From Nanobdellota archaeon (lineage in GTDB: Archaea > Nanobdellota > Nanobdellia > Woesearchaeales > GW2011-AR4): DNA of 64,000 nucleotides. The translations under genes were made by a program, and so were the position numbers. Of the stretch, positions 10,071-19,647 are shown piece by piece (position 1 is the stretch's first letter; every line of letters starts with the position of its first letter). A model generated the notes under the pieces. It worked only from the letters and a program-made list of their open reading frames with translations. It was not told the origin of the DNA and did not search any database. Location: positions 9,291 through 73,290 of the forward strand of contig JBBSWH010000004.1 in NCBI GenBank assembly GCA_038046385.1. Reading direction: 5' to 3'.

Positions 10071-10531
10071 GAGTAAGAAGATTCATCAAAAACGTAAGGT
10101 CTTTGAACAAAAAGCCGAGAAACATAGACACGCCAATAATCTGGTGGAAAGATATTAATCTTTTCATAGGAATCTTTCTTATCTTAGCCAGCTTAGTAAT
10201 CGGATTTTACGGAAAAGGGCTCATTGGAATTTTTTTTTCGGATTTGCTATCTAAGCTGTACAGCCCATTCTATCTTTTCACCGGGCTGTCGGTTTATGGA
10301 GCCAGCTGGATTGTAATGTTTATAGGTATCTCGATTGTAGGGTGGGAAACTGCAAGAATCATCCAGTACAAGATAAGGCACAAAGTTAAAAAGACAGTTA
10401 AAAAAACCTACAAGCATGCAAAGAATATACACAAAAAAAGCGGTGATTATGCAAAAAGACTGCACAATTCAAACATTGATAAGATAGCTAAAATGTCAAA
10501 AAAAGAATATGACTCAATAAACATAAAATAA
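10067..10531 (+). CDS. Hypothetical membrane protein
   Basis: 154 aa, TTG start overlapping the purN stop. Three hydrophobic segments and a basic C-terminal tail. No family recognised. Confidence 0.45.
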   Translation: MRVRRFIKNVRSLNKKPRNIDTPIIWWKDINLFIGIFLILASLVIGFYGKGLIGIFFSDLLSKLYSPFYLFTGLSVYGASWIVMFIGISIVGWETARIIQYKIRHKVKKTVKKTYKHAKNIHKKSGDYAKRLHNSNIDKIAKMSKKEYDSINIK

Positions 10532-10539
10532 AAAACCAA

Positions 10540-12069
10540 ATGAAAACCGCACTGATATCAGTTTCAAACAAAGAAGGAATTATTGAATTTGCAAAACAGC
10601 TTTCTAAGCTGGGATATGATATAATTTCAACAGGGAATACTGCAAAATTATTACAAAAAAATAAAATAAAAACAACTCTAATTTCAGAAATAACAAAATT
10701 TCCAGAGATGCTTGACGGAAGGGTAAAATCATTGCACCCAAATATTTTTGCAGGAGTTTTGGCAGACTTGAAAAACAAGAAGCACGCTGCAGAATTAAAA
10801 AAATATAAAATATCCCCAATAAGCATTGTTGTGGTAAACTTCTACCCCTTTGAGGAAACAATAAAACAAAATGCAAAGATTAACGATGTCATAGAAAGCA
10901 TCGATATTGGCGGCCCGTCTCTTGTAAGGGCTGCTGCAAAGAACCATAAAAATGTAGCTGTCATTGTTAATCCTGCAGATTACGGCAAAGTTTTAGATGA
11001 GATAAAAAAGGGAGATATAACAGATGAAACAAGAAAAAATCTGGCTACAAAAGCATTTTTGCACACGGGAAGGTACGACACAATAATCGGCAGGTATTTC
11101 ACTGAGACTTATCTCAATGAAATGTTCCCAGACACCTATAATTTTACATTCAAAAAAATACAGGATTTAAGATACGGAGAAAATCCTCACCAGAAAGCTG
11201 CATTTTACGGCTCGTACTGGATAAATGAAACATGTGTAAGCACATCAAAACAATTGCAGGGAAAAGAATTATCATACAACAATATTCTCGATGCAAATGA
11301 CGCTTTCGAGCTTGTAAAGGATTTTGATGAGCCGGTTGCAGCTGTAATAAAGCACACCAACCCGAGCGGAGTCTCTACCGCTTCGACAATAGATAAAGCC
11401 TACAAAAAAGCGTACGAGACAGATTCAAAATCTGCATTTGGAGGAATTGTTGCATTAAACAGGCCATGCACCAAAAAAATTGCAGAAATGCTAAAGCCAG
11501 TTTTCATGGAAGTTGTAATATGCCCAAAATTTGAAAAAGAGGCTATTGAAATTTTCAAAGGAAAGAAGAATTTGAGATTGCTTGAAACCGGCCCGGTAAA
11601 AAAAGACTACAAGAGCATGGACATGAGAAAAGTGGTTGGGGGTCTTCTTGTGCAGACAAGGCAGTTTCCTGAATTAAAAGAAAAAGACTTGAAAGTTGTT
11701 ACAAAAAGAAAGCCTACAAAAGATGAGATAAGGGATATGCTATTTTCATGGAAGGTTAATCGTCATGTCAAATCAAATGCAATTGTATTCGCTAAAAATA
11801 ATGTGACAACCGGCATCGGCGCAGGCCAGATGTCAAGGGTTGATGCTGTCAAGCTTGCAATAATGAAATCAGAAGACAAGTGCAAGGGCTCTGTGATGAG
11901 CTCTGATGCATTTTTCCCGTTCAGCGACGGAGTTGACGAGGCTGCAAAAGCCGGAATAACTGCAATCATACAGCCAGGCGGCTCGATAAGGGACGGGGAA
12001 GTCATAAAGGCTGCAGATGACAACAATCTTGCGATGGTATTTACCGGGGTAAGATTATTTAAGCATTAA
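10540..12069 (+). CDS. purH: Bifunctional AICAR transformylase / IMP cyclohydrolase
   Basis: 509 aa. MGS-like N-terminus ALISVSNKEGI; C-terminal GIGAGQMSRVDAV and SSDAFFPFSDG. Confidence 0.93.
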   Translation: MKTALISVSNKEGIIEFAKQLSKLGYDIISTGNTAKLLQKNKIKTTLISEITKFPEMLDGRVKSLHPNIFAGVLADLKNKKHAAELKKYKISPISIVVVNFYPFEETIKQNAKINDVIESIDIGGPSLVRAAAKNHKNVAVIVNPADYGKVLDEIKKGDITDETRKNLATKAFLHTGRYDTIIGRYFTETYLNEMFPDTYNFTFKKIQDLRYGENPHQKAAFYGSYWINETCVSTSKQLQGKELSYNNILDANDAFELVKDFDEPVAAVIKHTNPSGVSTASTIDKAYKKAYETDSKSAFGGIVALNRPCTKKIAEMLKPVFMEVVICPKFEKEAIEIFKGKKNLRLLETGPVKKDYKSMDMRKVVGGLLVQTRQFPELKEKDLKVVTKRKPTKDEIRDMLFSWKVNRHVKSNAIVFAKNNVTTGIGAGQMSRVDAVKLAIMKSEDKCKGSVMSSDAFFPFSDGVDEAAKAGITAIIQPGGSIRDGEVIKAADDNNLAMVFTGVRLFKH

Positions 12070-12073
12070 GAAC

Positions 12074-12122
12074 ATTTAAATCAGGAATTTTCTGATTTAA
12101 ATCATCGAAATTTTGTTTCGAT
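12074..12122 (+). terminator. Two consecutive hairpins after purH (possible terminator region)
   Basis: ATTTAAATCAG-n7-CTGATTTAAAT (12074..12102) and ATCGAAA-n5-TTTCGAT (12104..12122), followed by TATATTTATATAAT upstream of trpS. Archaeal termination does not require hairpins, so function is uncertain. Confidence 0.3.
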
Positions 12123-12155
12123 ATATTTATATAATGCAATTTTAGTGTTCTGAGT

Positions 12156-13247
12156 ATGAAACATAAAACTATAGACCCATGGGGTTCAGGCCTTCTTGAG
12201 GATTATGAGAAAATCATAAAAGATTTTGGGCTTGAAGTGTTCGATGCAAAATCTTTTCCTGATCCGAATAGGCTGATGAGGCGCAATGTTGTCTTTGCAG
12301 GCCGCGATTTAAAGGTTATTTCTGATGCAATAAAAAATCATAAAAAATATTATGTTCTTAGCGGCATCGTTCCTTCAAATGAAAAAATACATTTCGGCAA
12401 CAAGATGGTTGTCGAGAACATAAAGTATTTTCAGGAGCATCACGGGCATGCATACATTCTCGTTGCTGACTTGGAAGCAGCTTCTGCACGCGGAATAAGT
12501 CTTGAAGATGCAAAAAAAATGGCATTGGATTTCCATATTCCTGCGTATATCTCTCTTGGGCTTGACGCAAAAAAAACCACCTTCTATTTTCAATCAGAAA
12601 ACAAGGAAGTCATGAACAAAGCTTACGAATTTGCAAAAAAAGTCACTTTTAATGAATTTGAAGCAATCTACGGAAGCGCTGACCCTGGCAAGATAATGGC
12701 CGCAATGGCGCAGGTTGCAGACATTCTTTATCCTCAGTTTGGCGAAAGCATACCGGGCATAATACCGGTAGGCATAGACCAGGACCCGCATATACGGCTT
12801 TCAAGGGATATTGTAAGGCGATTTAAAGAAAGGAAATATTTTTTGCCGTCAGCAATGTACCACAAATACACACCGTCATTAAAAGGAGACATGAAAATGT
12901 CAAAATCACATCCGGGGAGCTGCATTGAGCTGCCGGAAGATATAAAGTCAGTAAAGAAAAAAATAAAAAATGCTTTAAGCGGCGGACGCGACACGCTTGA
13001 AGAACATAGAAAACTTGGAGCGGATGTTGAAAAAGACATGGTTTTCGAATTGTTAAAGCAGCATCTTGTAGAGGATGACAAAGAGCTTGACAAGATTTAT
13101 CATGAATACAAATCAGGAAAGATGACAAGCGGAGAGCTAAAGGAGATTGCTTGCTCCAAAATGGAAGATTTCATGAACGAGTTTAACAAGGGTGTTGAAA
13201 AGGCAAGGAGCCACATTTCTAGCTTGAATTTCGTTAAGTTCAAATGA
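12156..13247 (+). CDS. trpS: Tryptophanyl-tRNA synthetase (class I; Trp/Tyr subfamily)
   Basis: 363 aa. N-terminal MRRNVVFAGRDL block resembles archaeal/eukaryotic TrpRS. HIGH-like KIHFGN and KMSKS (DMKMSKSHPGS) are present. Confidence 0.8.
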   Translation: MKHKTIDPWGSGLLEDYEKIIKDFGLEVFDAKSFPDPNRLMRRNVVFAGRDLKVISDAIKNHKKYYVLSGIVPSNEKIHFGNKMVVENIKYFQEHHGHAYILVADLEAASARGISLEDAKKMALDFHIPAYISLGLDAKKTTFYFQSENKEVMNKAYEFAKKVTFNEFEAIYGSADPGKIMAAMAQVADILYPQFGESIPGIIPVGIDQDPHIRLSRDIVRRFKERKYFLPSAMYHKYTPSLKGDMKMSKSHPGSCIELPEDIKSVKKKIKNALSGGRDTLEEHRKLGADVEKDMVFELLKQHLVEDDKELDKIYHEYKSGKMTSGELKEIACSKMEDFMNEFNKGVEKARSHISSLNFVKFK

Positions 13248-13324
13248 GCGATTGTAAATTTGAACTTCAGAAAATTGATTAAATTTTCGTTAAGTTTAAA
13301 TAGATAATATAGCACTATAGTAGC

Positions 13325-13675
13325 ATGGCAAAGGATAATAGACCAAGTGTTGTAAACGGAATGTTTCTTGCACTTATTTCAATGGCTGTTTTTTCAATCG
13401 CAATAATGAGCGAGAACTCCAATATAACTGGATTTGTGGCTGCAAACGACAATGTGCAGTCAATTAATATTCTTGACTTAAAAGGATTCAGTGATATAAA
13501 CTCCCTCGGTGAGCTTGCTCCTGGAAAATACTACATAAGCAGTGAAGGAATTGTCTATTACATGGACGATTCTTCAAGGTTCGCTGTCGCAAAAATAGAT
13601 TATATTGATGAAATCCAAAAAAACAGGCTCATTTACATAGACGGCAAAGGTAATGTCGGATATCTTATAGAATGA
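13325..13675 (+). CDS. Hypothetical protein with N-terminal membrane anchor or signal
   Basis: 116 aa with hydrophobic segment MFLALISMAVFSIAIM. No family recognised. Confidence 0.45.
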   Translation: MAKDNRPSVVNGMFLALISMAVFSIAIMSENSNITGFVAANDNVQSINILDLKGFSDINSLGELAPGKYYISSEGIVYYMDDSSRFAVAKIDYIDEIQKNRLIYIDGKGNVGYLIE

Positions 13676-13890
13676 TTAAAATGAAAAAAGAGTTTAATGT
13701 CGCCCCATTGTCAAGCGCATTCATGCTTACCAGCATTGTTGGTGCCCTGATTTCTGCTTTTTACATTTTTCCCAGTTCAAGAACGTGGGGATTTGCATTT
13801 ATTTTGTTCTTCACATTAATGTTCGTAGCGTCTCTTATATCAATGACGTACGCGCCAAGCGACTGGCCGCTGAAAACGCCAAGAAAATAA
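13672..13890 (+). CDS. Small hypothetical membrane protein
   Basis: 72 aa with two hydrophobic helices. Start overlaps the stop of the preceding ORF. Confidence 0.4.
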   Translation: MIKMKKEFNVAPLSSAFMLTSIVGALISAFYIFPSSRTWGFAFILFFTLMFVASLISMTYAPSDWPLKTPRK

Positions 13891-13891
13891 G

Positions 13892-14296
13892 ATGATTTCA
13901 GATTCAGAGATTTGGATAAGGCTTGTGATTTCTGTCCTTGCAGGCGGATTAATAGGCCTTGAAAGGGAAGTTGTCCACAAGCCTGCAGGAATAAGAACGC
14001 ATATGCTCGTTTCAATGGGGTCTGCCCTGTTTATTATTATAACAATACAAAGTATCCCTGGCGAGATAGCAAGAATTATTGCAGGGATAGCAACAGGAAT
14101 AGGATTTTTGGGTGCAGGCACGATATTCAGGACAAAAAGCGAAGTTCAGGGGCTGACAACAGCAGCTTCAATATGGGCTGTTGCAGCAGTGGGATTGGCA
14201 GCCGGCCTTGGATATTATCTCATTACTTCAATATCGGTTTTGCTTGTGATTGTAATACTCCACTTGAACAAGCTGGAATTTTTCAGAAGGCTTTAG
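13892..14296 (+). CDS. MgtC/SapB family membrane protein
   Basis: 134 aa. LAGGLIGLEREVVHKPAGIRTHMLVSMGSALF is the characteristic MgtC-family N-terminal block. Confidence 0.8.
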   Translation: MISDSEIWIRLVISVLAGGLIGLEREVVHKPAGIRTHMLVSMGSALFIIITIQSIPGEIARIIAGIATGIGFLGAGTIFRTKSEVQGLTTAASIWAVAAVGLAAGLGYYLITSISVLLVIVILHLNKLEFFRRL

Positions 14297-14333
14297 AGAA
14301 CTTCTGCAAATTAGTAGTTTTTCAAAATCCTGC

Positions 14334-15650
14334 TTAGAATTCAATAACTTTCTTTTCGTTTGGAAGCGCGCTTGGGGATGATCCGCCGTGCCATGTGTAT
14401 CTTGGCCTTATTCTTACAGGGTATAATTTCTCGTTTATATCGTCAAATATGATTGCAGCGCCCTCTTCTGAAGGCAATAAGTTAAGCTGCTTGTCCAATC
14501 CGTCGCGCATGTAGCTTTGCATTATGTTGCTAAGCGCGTCAACGTCGATGTTTGCAGTTAGTCTGTGTGCAATGACTACATCAGCCTGCGTAAAAACATC
14601 TGTATGGATTTTTCCTGGCTGCTGTGATGCAAGGACAAGGCTTATTCCTGGCTGCCTCCCTTCCCTTAACAATGTGATTAGCGGCGCTGTTGCCGGAGTC
14701 TTTCCCTTGTTTGGCAAAAATTCATGCGCCTCGTCTATTATCAGCCACACCATTGGCTCCTTTTTATGATCTTTTTCTTCTTCAAAAAAATGGATTTCCT
14801 CGCTGACAGACCTTTGCTCTTCTGCCTTTCTTGCAGTCATTCTCTGCACAAACAGTTTCTGAGCAACTAGGCCGATTACAAGCCCCCTTAAATTTTCAGA
14901 GCCGCTTGAAGTGGTATATGCGCTGACATCAAGCACGCTTATCTGCCCAGGTATGACGATATCTTCTATCATTGTCCCTTCTGTGCTGAACAGTCCCCAT
15001 TTGTCTGCGACCATAAACCTGTTTTCAGCCGCGTCCTTTACGGATTTTTCTGCCCTGTCGTCTTTTGCAATCTCATCAATAATGTCACTTATCCCATAAT
15101 CAGTTTTCTCTTCCTGAAGAGTATTAACAGCCCTTTCAATTGCTATGCCGATTGGGTCCATTATCTGGATGTTAAATATCATGCACCATTCCTCTGCTTT
15201 CAGCTCGCTTGTCTTGACAGAAAATGGATAGTCTGCGGGGATGCCTTTTTCCCTGTAGTCTTCAAAAACCCCTTTTGGCGTGAAGATATTTATGTTAAGC
15301 CCTTTTGGCTCGATGCCCCATGATTCTATTATCTCATGGTCTTTATTGTTCGGGTATTTCATCGTCCAGTATATCCCCATTGTGTCCAGCATTACAACGG
15401 CAAGGTTGTTCCTTATTTCATCCGGAAGGTCATAAATCCCTTCTGCAATGACCCCCATTGTATAACTTTTTCCAGAACCTCTTTTTCCGACGACAAAAAC
15501 AACATGGGACTTTGCAACATCAAGGTACACTTTATTTGACAATGAAGTTGTCTGGCCCATTTTTACATAATGCCTTCCAAGAAGTATTGCACCGTCTGTT
15601 CCGTGCTTTTCCTTGTTAGCTTCGCTTCTTCCCACAAGAATGTCGTACAT
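14334..15650 (-). CDS. HerA/FtsK-superfamily ATPase (DUF87-like)
   Basis: 438 aa with Walker A VVGKRGSGKSYT and Walker B WLIIDEAHEF. Confidence 0.7.
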   Translation of the reverse strand: MYDILVGRSEANKEKHGTDGAILLGRHYVKMGQTTSLSNKVYLDVAKSHVVFVVGKRGSGKSYTMGVIAEGIYDLPDEIRNNLAVVMLDTMGIYWTMKYPNNKDHEIIESWGIEPKGLNINIFTPKGVFEDYREKGIPADYPFSVKTSELKAEEWCMIFNIQIMDPIGIAIERAVNTLQEEKTDYGISDIIDEIAKDDRAEKSVKDAAENRFMVADKWGLFSTEGTMIEDIVIPGQISVLDVSAYTTSSGSENLRGLVIGLVAQKLFVQRMTARKAEEQRSVSEEIHFFEEEKDHKKEPMVWLIIDEAHEFLPNKGKTPATAPLITLLREGRQPGISLVLASQQPGKIHTDVFTQADVVIAHRLTANIDVDALSNIMQSYMRDGLDKQLNLLPSEEGAAIIFDDINEKLYPVRIRPRYTWHGGSSPSALPNEKKVIEF

Positions 15651-15760
15651 GGCTCATTAGTCTGCTGTATGTTATAAATGCTTTTATTGAAACTAGCCAG
15701 TGGCAAAAATTTTGAATCTTATTAGAAAGATTTATTTATCACCCAATAAGCCATAAAGCA

Positions 15761-16978
15761 ATGAATGCATCCCAGAAAGAAAGGCTTGAGCAGGAATTAA
15801 GGTTTCTTAAGGAAAGTTTTGAGGCAGAAGTAATAAGCAAGGAAGAGTTTGAGAAAGGAAAGGAAAGAATAGAGAAAAAACTAAGTGTTTTGAATGCAGA
15901 AAAGCCGGCTGAGCCAAAGCCGGAAGAGCCTGTTAATGCTGAAAAAACCGCAAATGGGCAGGAAGATGATGATTATAAAAAAGAAAATGCTTCGGTCCAG
16001 CAGGAAAAAGCACAATCTAATGAAGATGTTAAAAAGGAAGCTGAAATAGAGATACTTGAAGAGCAGGAAAAAAATAGTTCTGAAGAAAGCCATGAAGAGG
16101 AAAATCCTAAGGCACAGGAAACAGCTTACGAAAAAAAATCAGATAAGCCAAAAACAAGCAGATTGTTCAAGTACGGTGCTGTGTTTGTCGTGCTTGTGTT
16201 AATATTATTCTTTTCATATAATGCTTTTAAAAATGATAGTTCTGCAGAAAAACCAAAAGCCGAGCAGGAGATTAAATTTGTCCCGGTATGTTCTGCCGAT
16301 TCTGACTGCACAAAAGAAGGATATACTGGGTCTTGCGCAAATTCCGGAGCAAAAAACTCAGAATGCCAGTTTACTGAAATTCCAAAAATAAATGCAATTG
16401 TTTTGAACGGCAAGGGCGAATGCTTCAACTGCGACACAGGCAGGGTTTTAGGAATACTTAATGAAAGATTTGGGCCATTGCTTGCAGAAAGCATAGATTA
16501 CAATACTGAAAAAGGAAAAAACCTGATTCAGGAGCTTGGCATAACAGTTCTTCCTGCATACATCTTCAGCCCTGATCTGCAGGAAAGAAAAAATTTCAAT
16601 GAATTCAAACAGATATTCATAGAAAAAAATGGTTATTACATGCTGAACACTGATGTTGCAGCGTCTTCATTTTATTTCACAAGAAAGAATATGCAGATGA
16701 AGCTTGACCTTTTTGTGATTGAGAATGATGCATCGAGCATGAAGGCAGAGAACAATCTAAAAGAATTCCTTGCCGGCTTCAAGAATGTTAAGTTTGAAAA
16801 GCATTCCTACGGCAGCCAGCTTGCGCAGGAGCTTGGGTTAAAGACGTTCCCAGTGTTCCTTGTCAACAATCAGGTTAAATTCGGAGGAGTTCAGCCTGCA
16901 GATGTTATAAGAGAGAATTTCTGCAATATGAATAATGTTGCAGATTGCCAGAAGAATTTATCAAAGAATTTAATTTGA
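15761..16978 (+). CDS. Hypothetical membrane-anchored protein with acidic low-complexity linker and Cys-containing extracellular domain
   Basis: 405 aa. SHOCT-like N-terminus (ISKEEFEKGKERIEKKL), E/K-rich region, one TM segment (AVFVVLVLILFF), then a Cys-rich domain (CSADSDCTKEGYTGSC...CFNC). Confidence 0.5.
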   Translation: MNASQKERLEQELRFLKESFEAEVISKEEFEKGKERIEKKLSVLNAEKPAEPKPEEPVNAEKTANGQEDDDYKKENASVQQEKAQSNEDVKKEAEIEILEEQEKNSSEESHEEENPKAQETAYEKKSDKPKTSRLFKYGAVFVVLVLILFFSYNAFKNDSSAEKPKAEQEIKFVPVCSADSDCTKEGYTGSCANSGAKNSECQFTEIPKINAIVLNGKGECFNCDTGRVLGILNERFGPLLAESIDYNTEKGKNLIQELGITVLPAYIFSPDLQERKNFNEFKQIFIEKNGYYMLNTDVAASSFYFTRKNMQMKLDLFVIENDASSMKAENNLKEFLAGFKNVKFEKHSYGSQLAQELGLKTFPVFLVNNQVKFGGVQPADVIRENFCNMNNVADCQKNLSKNLI

Positions 16979-17031
16979 TTAATTTCTAGAAAAGCAAGGT
17001 TTATATTTATGTTATCTGGGTCATAACCTAA

Positions 17032-17511
17032 ATGGTTATTGTAAGCTCTGATGAAATTAACAGTGTTTTAAAGACCTACAAACTTGTTGAAGACAAAATA
17101 AGATGGTATAGGGCATCGGTAAGGGTTCTTGATTTAGGATGCGGAAAAACCGGAGCTGCAGTGACTGAGCTAAAGGCACGATATAACGGTAAAGTAGAAT
17201 GTTATGGGGTTGATCCAACTGTAAGGGCTAGCTCCAGAGATACCCCATTATATATGGAAGAACCCGATAGCCTCCCATTCAAAGATGGATATTTTGATGT
17301 TGTTTACTCATGTAATTACATGTATTATTTTGATGACGAAAAAATACGAAGCATCCTTAAAGATGTTCTAAGAGTATTGAAGCCCAAAGGATATTTTGTT
17401 TTTAATGACTATAGAAGAAGCTCAGCAAAATATAAAGAGGATTTTATCCCTTCAGCTGGAATAAAAGCAAGAATTTTTGGAGACAAGCCAAAGTTCATAA
17501 TAAAATATTGA
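17032..17511 (+). CDS. Class I SAM-dependent methyltransferase
   Basis: 159 aa with motif I VLDLGCGKTG and a later VLKPKGYFVFND. Confidence 0.7.
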   Translation: MVIVSSDEINSVLKTYKLVEDKIRWYRASVRVLDLGCGKTGAAVTELKARYNGKVECYGVDPTVRASSRDTPLYMEEPDSLPFKDGYFDVVYSCNYMYYFDDEKIRSILKDVLRVLKPKGYFVFNDYRRSSAKYKEDFIPSAGIKARIFGDKPKFIIKY

Positions 17512-17572
17512 TTATTAATAAAAATTAATTAAAAAATAAAAGAAAAAATAAAAAAAGAATTAAAAAATAAAA

Positions 17573-18871
17573 TTAAAAGTCATTCACAGTAAGAATGCTT
17601 ACTCTTGTCTCGTTTGGCTTGACTTTTGAGTCCATTGCAACAAGGAACTTGACATTTGCAGATTCTGCTGCTGTTGCAATTTCCCTTTCAATGCTGCCGT
17701 CAAAGATGACTGCATGCGCATTGGTTATGCTCTTCAAAGCAGTGTGAATCTCGCTTACAGGAACTTTTCCAAGTATTGCAAGCTTGCTGTCAAGTATCTC
17801 AGCGCCTCTTGTTCCAATCAGATCTTCAAGCATTGATTTGAATTTGTTCTTCTCCTCAACTGAGATTGCTTTTTTCACCATTGGCGGTGGAGCAGTCTGC
17901 TGCTGGAAAGGCCTTTGGGGCCTTTGCTGGTAGGACTGTTGCATATGCGGTTGCTGCTGCATCTGGTGATGCGGCTGGCTATGCGGCTGCGGGCTTGGAT
18001 TTCTTCTTACCATCTCCATTGCCATCTTTTCCGGCTCCTTTGAAAGCTCCAGTTTTGCCTGTTCGCCTGAAATTCTGCTTCTTAATGCCTTGTGAATTTC
18101 TTTCTTTGCTAGCTCTTCAACTTCCTTTCCGTCAGGTGCTTTTGTAACGAAATCTATGTCGGCAACTCCAGTAAGTTCCTTAATAATAAGGTTTCCCCCT
18201 CTGTCTCCATCGACAAAAGCTGTGACAACTTTCCTTGAACAAAGCTCAACTATTGATTCTGGAACAGATGTGCCGTTAATCGCAACCGCGTTCTTGAATC
18301 CGTGCTTTAGTAAGTTGAGTACATCTGCTCTTCCTTCAACGACAATAATTTCATCGCTTTCTTCTATTGCAGGGCCTGCGGGAAGCCTTTCTCTCCCATA
18401 TTCAACAATTTCCATGACCCTTACAGCTGATGTTACTTCATCTGCAAGCTCTTGCGAGTCCGGCATTGTGTTTTCCATCATTTTCTTAAGAAGCTCTTTT
18501 GCCCTTTCTATGACCATGCTTCTTTTGCTGATTCTAACATCTTCTATGTTAGTAACTTCGATTTTTGCATTGCAAGGCCCTATTCTCTGGATTATTTCCA
18601 AAGCTGCGCCTACAATTGAAGTTTCTGCCTTGTCAAGAGAAGAAGGTATGATTATTGTTCCTTTTGTCTTTCCTGTTCTTGTCTCTGTGTTGACTTCTAT
18701 TCTTCCGATTCTTCCTGACTTTTGAAGCTCCCTTAATTCAAGATCTGCTCCCAAAAGCCCTTCGGTCTGGCCGAAAATTGCGCCGATTACGTCCGGCTTA
18801 TCTACTACTCCCTCAATATCTATATTTGAGTGAATTATATATTTTGATGATACTGGGCTTATTTTTCCCAT
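17573..18871 (-). CDS. dnaG: Archaeal DnaG primase / exosome-associated Toprim protein
   Basis: 432 aa. N-terminal [31 protein letters not shown]; Toprim [10 protein letters not shown]...FVDGDRGG. Contains a Q/P/H-rich insertion ([32 protein letters not shown]). Confidence 0.9.
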   Translation of the reverse strand: MGKISPVSSKYIIHSNIDIEGVVDKPDVIGAIFGQTEGLLGADLELRELQKSGRIGRIEVNTETRTGKTKGTIIIPSSLDKAETSIVGAALEIIQRIGPCNAKIEVTNIEDVRISKRSMVIERAKELLKKMMENTMPDSQELADEVTSAVRVMEIVEYGRERLPAGPAIEESDEIIVVEGRADVLNLLKHGFKNAVAINGTSVPESIVELCSRKVVTAFVDGDRGGNLIIKELTGVADIDFVTKAPDGKEVEELAKKEIHKALRSRISGEQAKLELSKEPEKMAMEMVRRNPSPQPHSQPHHQMQQQPHMQQSYQQRPQRPFQQQTAPPPMVKKAISVEEKNKFKSMLEDLIGTRGAEILDSKLAILGKVPVSEIHTALKSITNAHAVIFDGSIEREIATAAESANVKFLVAMDSKVKPNETRVSILTVNDF

Positions 18872-19538
18872 GTTTATCCCTCCACTTAACTCTATTAGTT
18901 TATAGAAGAAGCTATCAAACCAAAATGATTGTGATTTTGAATGACCATGTGTTAGCTTCTCCTGATGTGAAACTCTTAGAACAAGCTATGATTACTCTTA
19001 TTTAATCAACATAATATATGTTTATGCAAAATAAATAATGATGATAATGATAGGCTTATTCTAATGCTTCGTTTTTTTTTGATTATATTATAATAATGTA
19101 GCCCGTTGCACTAACCCCAAAATTCATTGCTTGACGGTCATCGTGAGCTCCGTTTGGTACTCTCGTGACGGGCAAAATCTAGTAATCCATTCCGATATTT
19201 AAACCTTTGCAAAAATCTTATTTTACAATATTTAAGATTATTTTAAATATATTCAGTATGGAAAATAAAGAAAATCATCAAAAAATGAGTGTTTTAAGCA
19301 TATTTTAAATAAAAACCCTAGCGAAGCCTCTTGCGAAACCCCGCTAAGGAAAAAGAGGTGATTATAAAGTATTACATTCCCCAACGTAATATATCTGTTA
19401 CTACTGAGTAATAGAACTTATATTTAAATGTTTCGATTGATTCACTATTTTAAAGTAGTGTAAGCATAAGTGGATAGAATTATATAGAAACTAAGTTTTT
19501 CAAAGCCTAAAATGATAAATAAAAAAAGTTTCGATATC

Positions 19539-19634
19539 GTAGGATTTCACAAAGTGAATATCCTACCGGAACATGTCGTAAATCAAAGATTTACGAACAC
19601 ACGCAAATTCCAAAAGAATTTGCTTTGCTTCCGG
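19539..19634 (+). ncRNA. Cluster of three A-loop hairpins closed by a CCGGAA/TTCCGG helix (unassigned; may be the 5' leader of the RIO kinase gene)
   Basis: GTAGGATTTCAC-AAA-GTGAATATCCTAC (19539..19566); CGTAAATC-AAA-GATTTACG (19577..19595); GCAAATTC-CAAAA-GAATTTGC (19603..19623). CCGGAA (19566..19571) can pair with TTCCGG (19629..19634). Confidence 0.3.
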
Positions 19635-19647
19635 GGGTAGTTACGCT

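Noticed and set aside
18156-18725. Long antisense ORFs such as 18156..18725 (+), 46814..47353 (+), 58038..58631 (+), 60739..61497 (+), 12734..13093 (-) and 24179..24625 (-)
   Set aside because: Each lies fully inside a well-supported gene on the opposite strand (dnaG, surface protein, T2SS-F, coiled-coil gene, trpS, lig). They have low-complexity, Ser/Leu/Phe-rich translations typical of shadow ORFs in AT-rich DNA.
19036-19060. Possible C/D box sRNA (ATGATGA at about 19040)
   Set aside because: No matching D box (CUGA) or C'/D' pair lies at the expected spacing. The ATGATGA occurs within simple AT/GA-rich sequence.
19317-19358. preQ1-class riboswitch assignment for the pseudoknot candidate
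   Set aside because: Only short word-level resemblance exists (CTAGC, CCTCT, CTAAGG, A-run), and the order of elements does not match the preQ1-I consensus as I recall it. It is kept only as an unassigned pseudoknot candidate.
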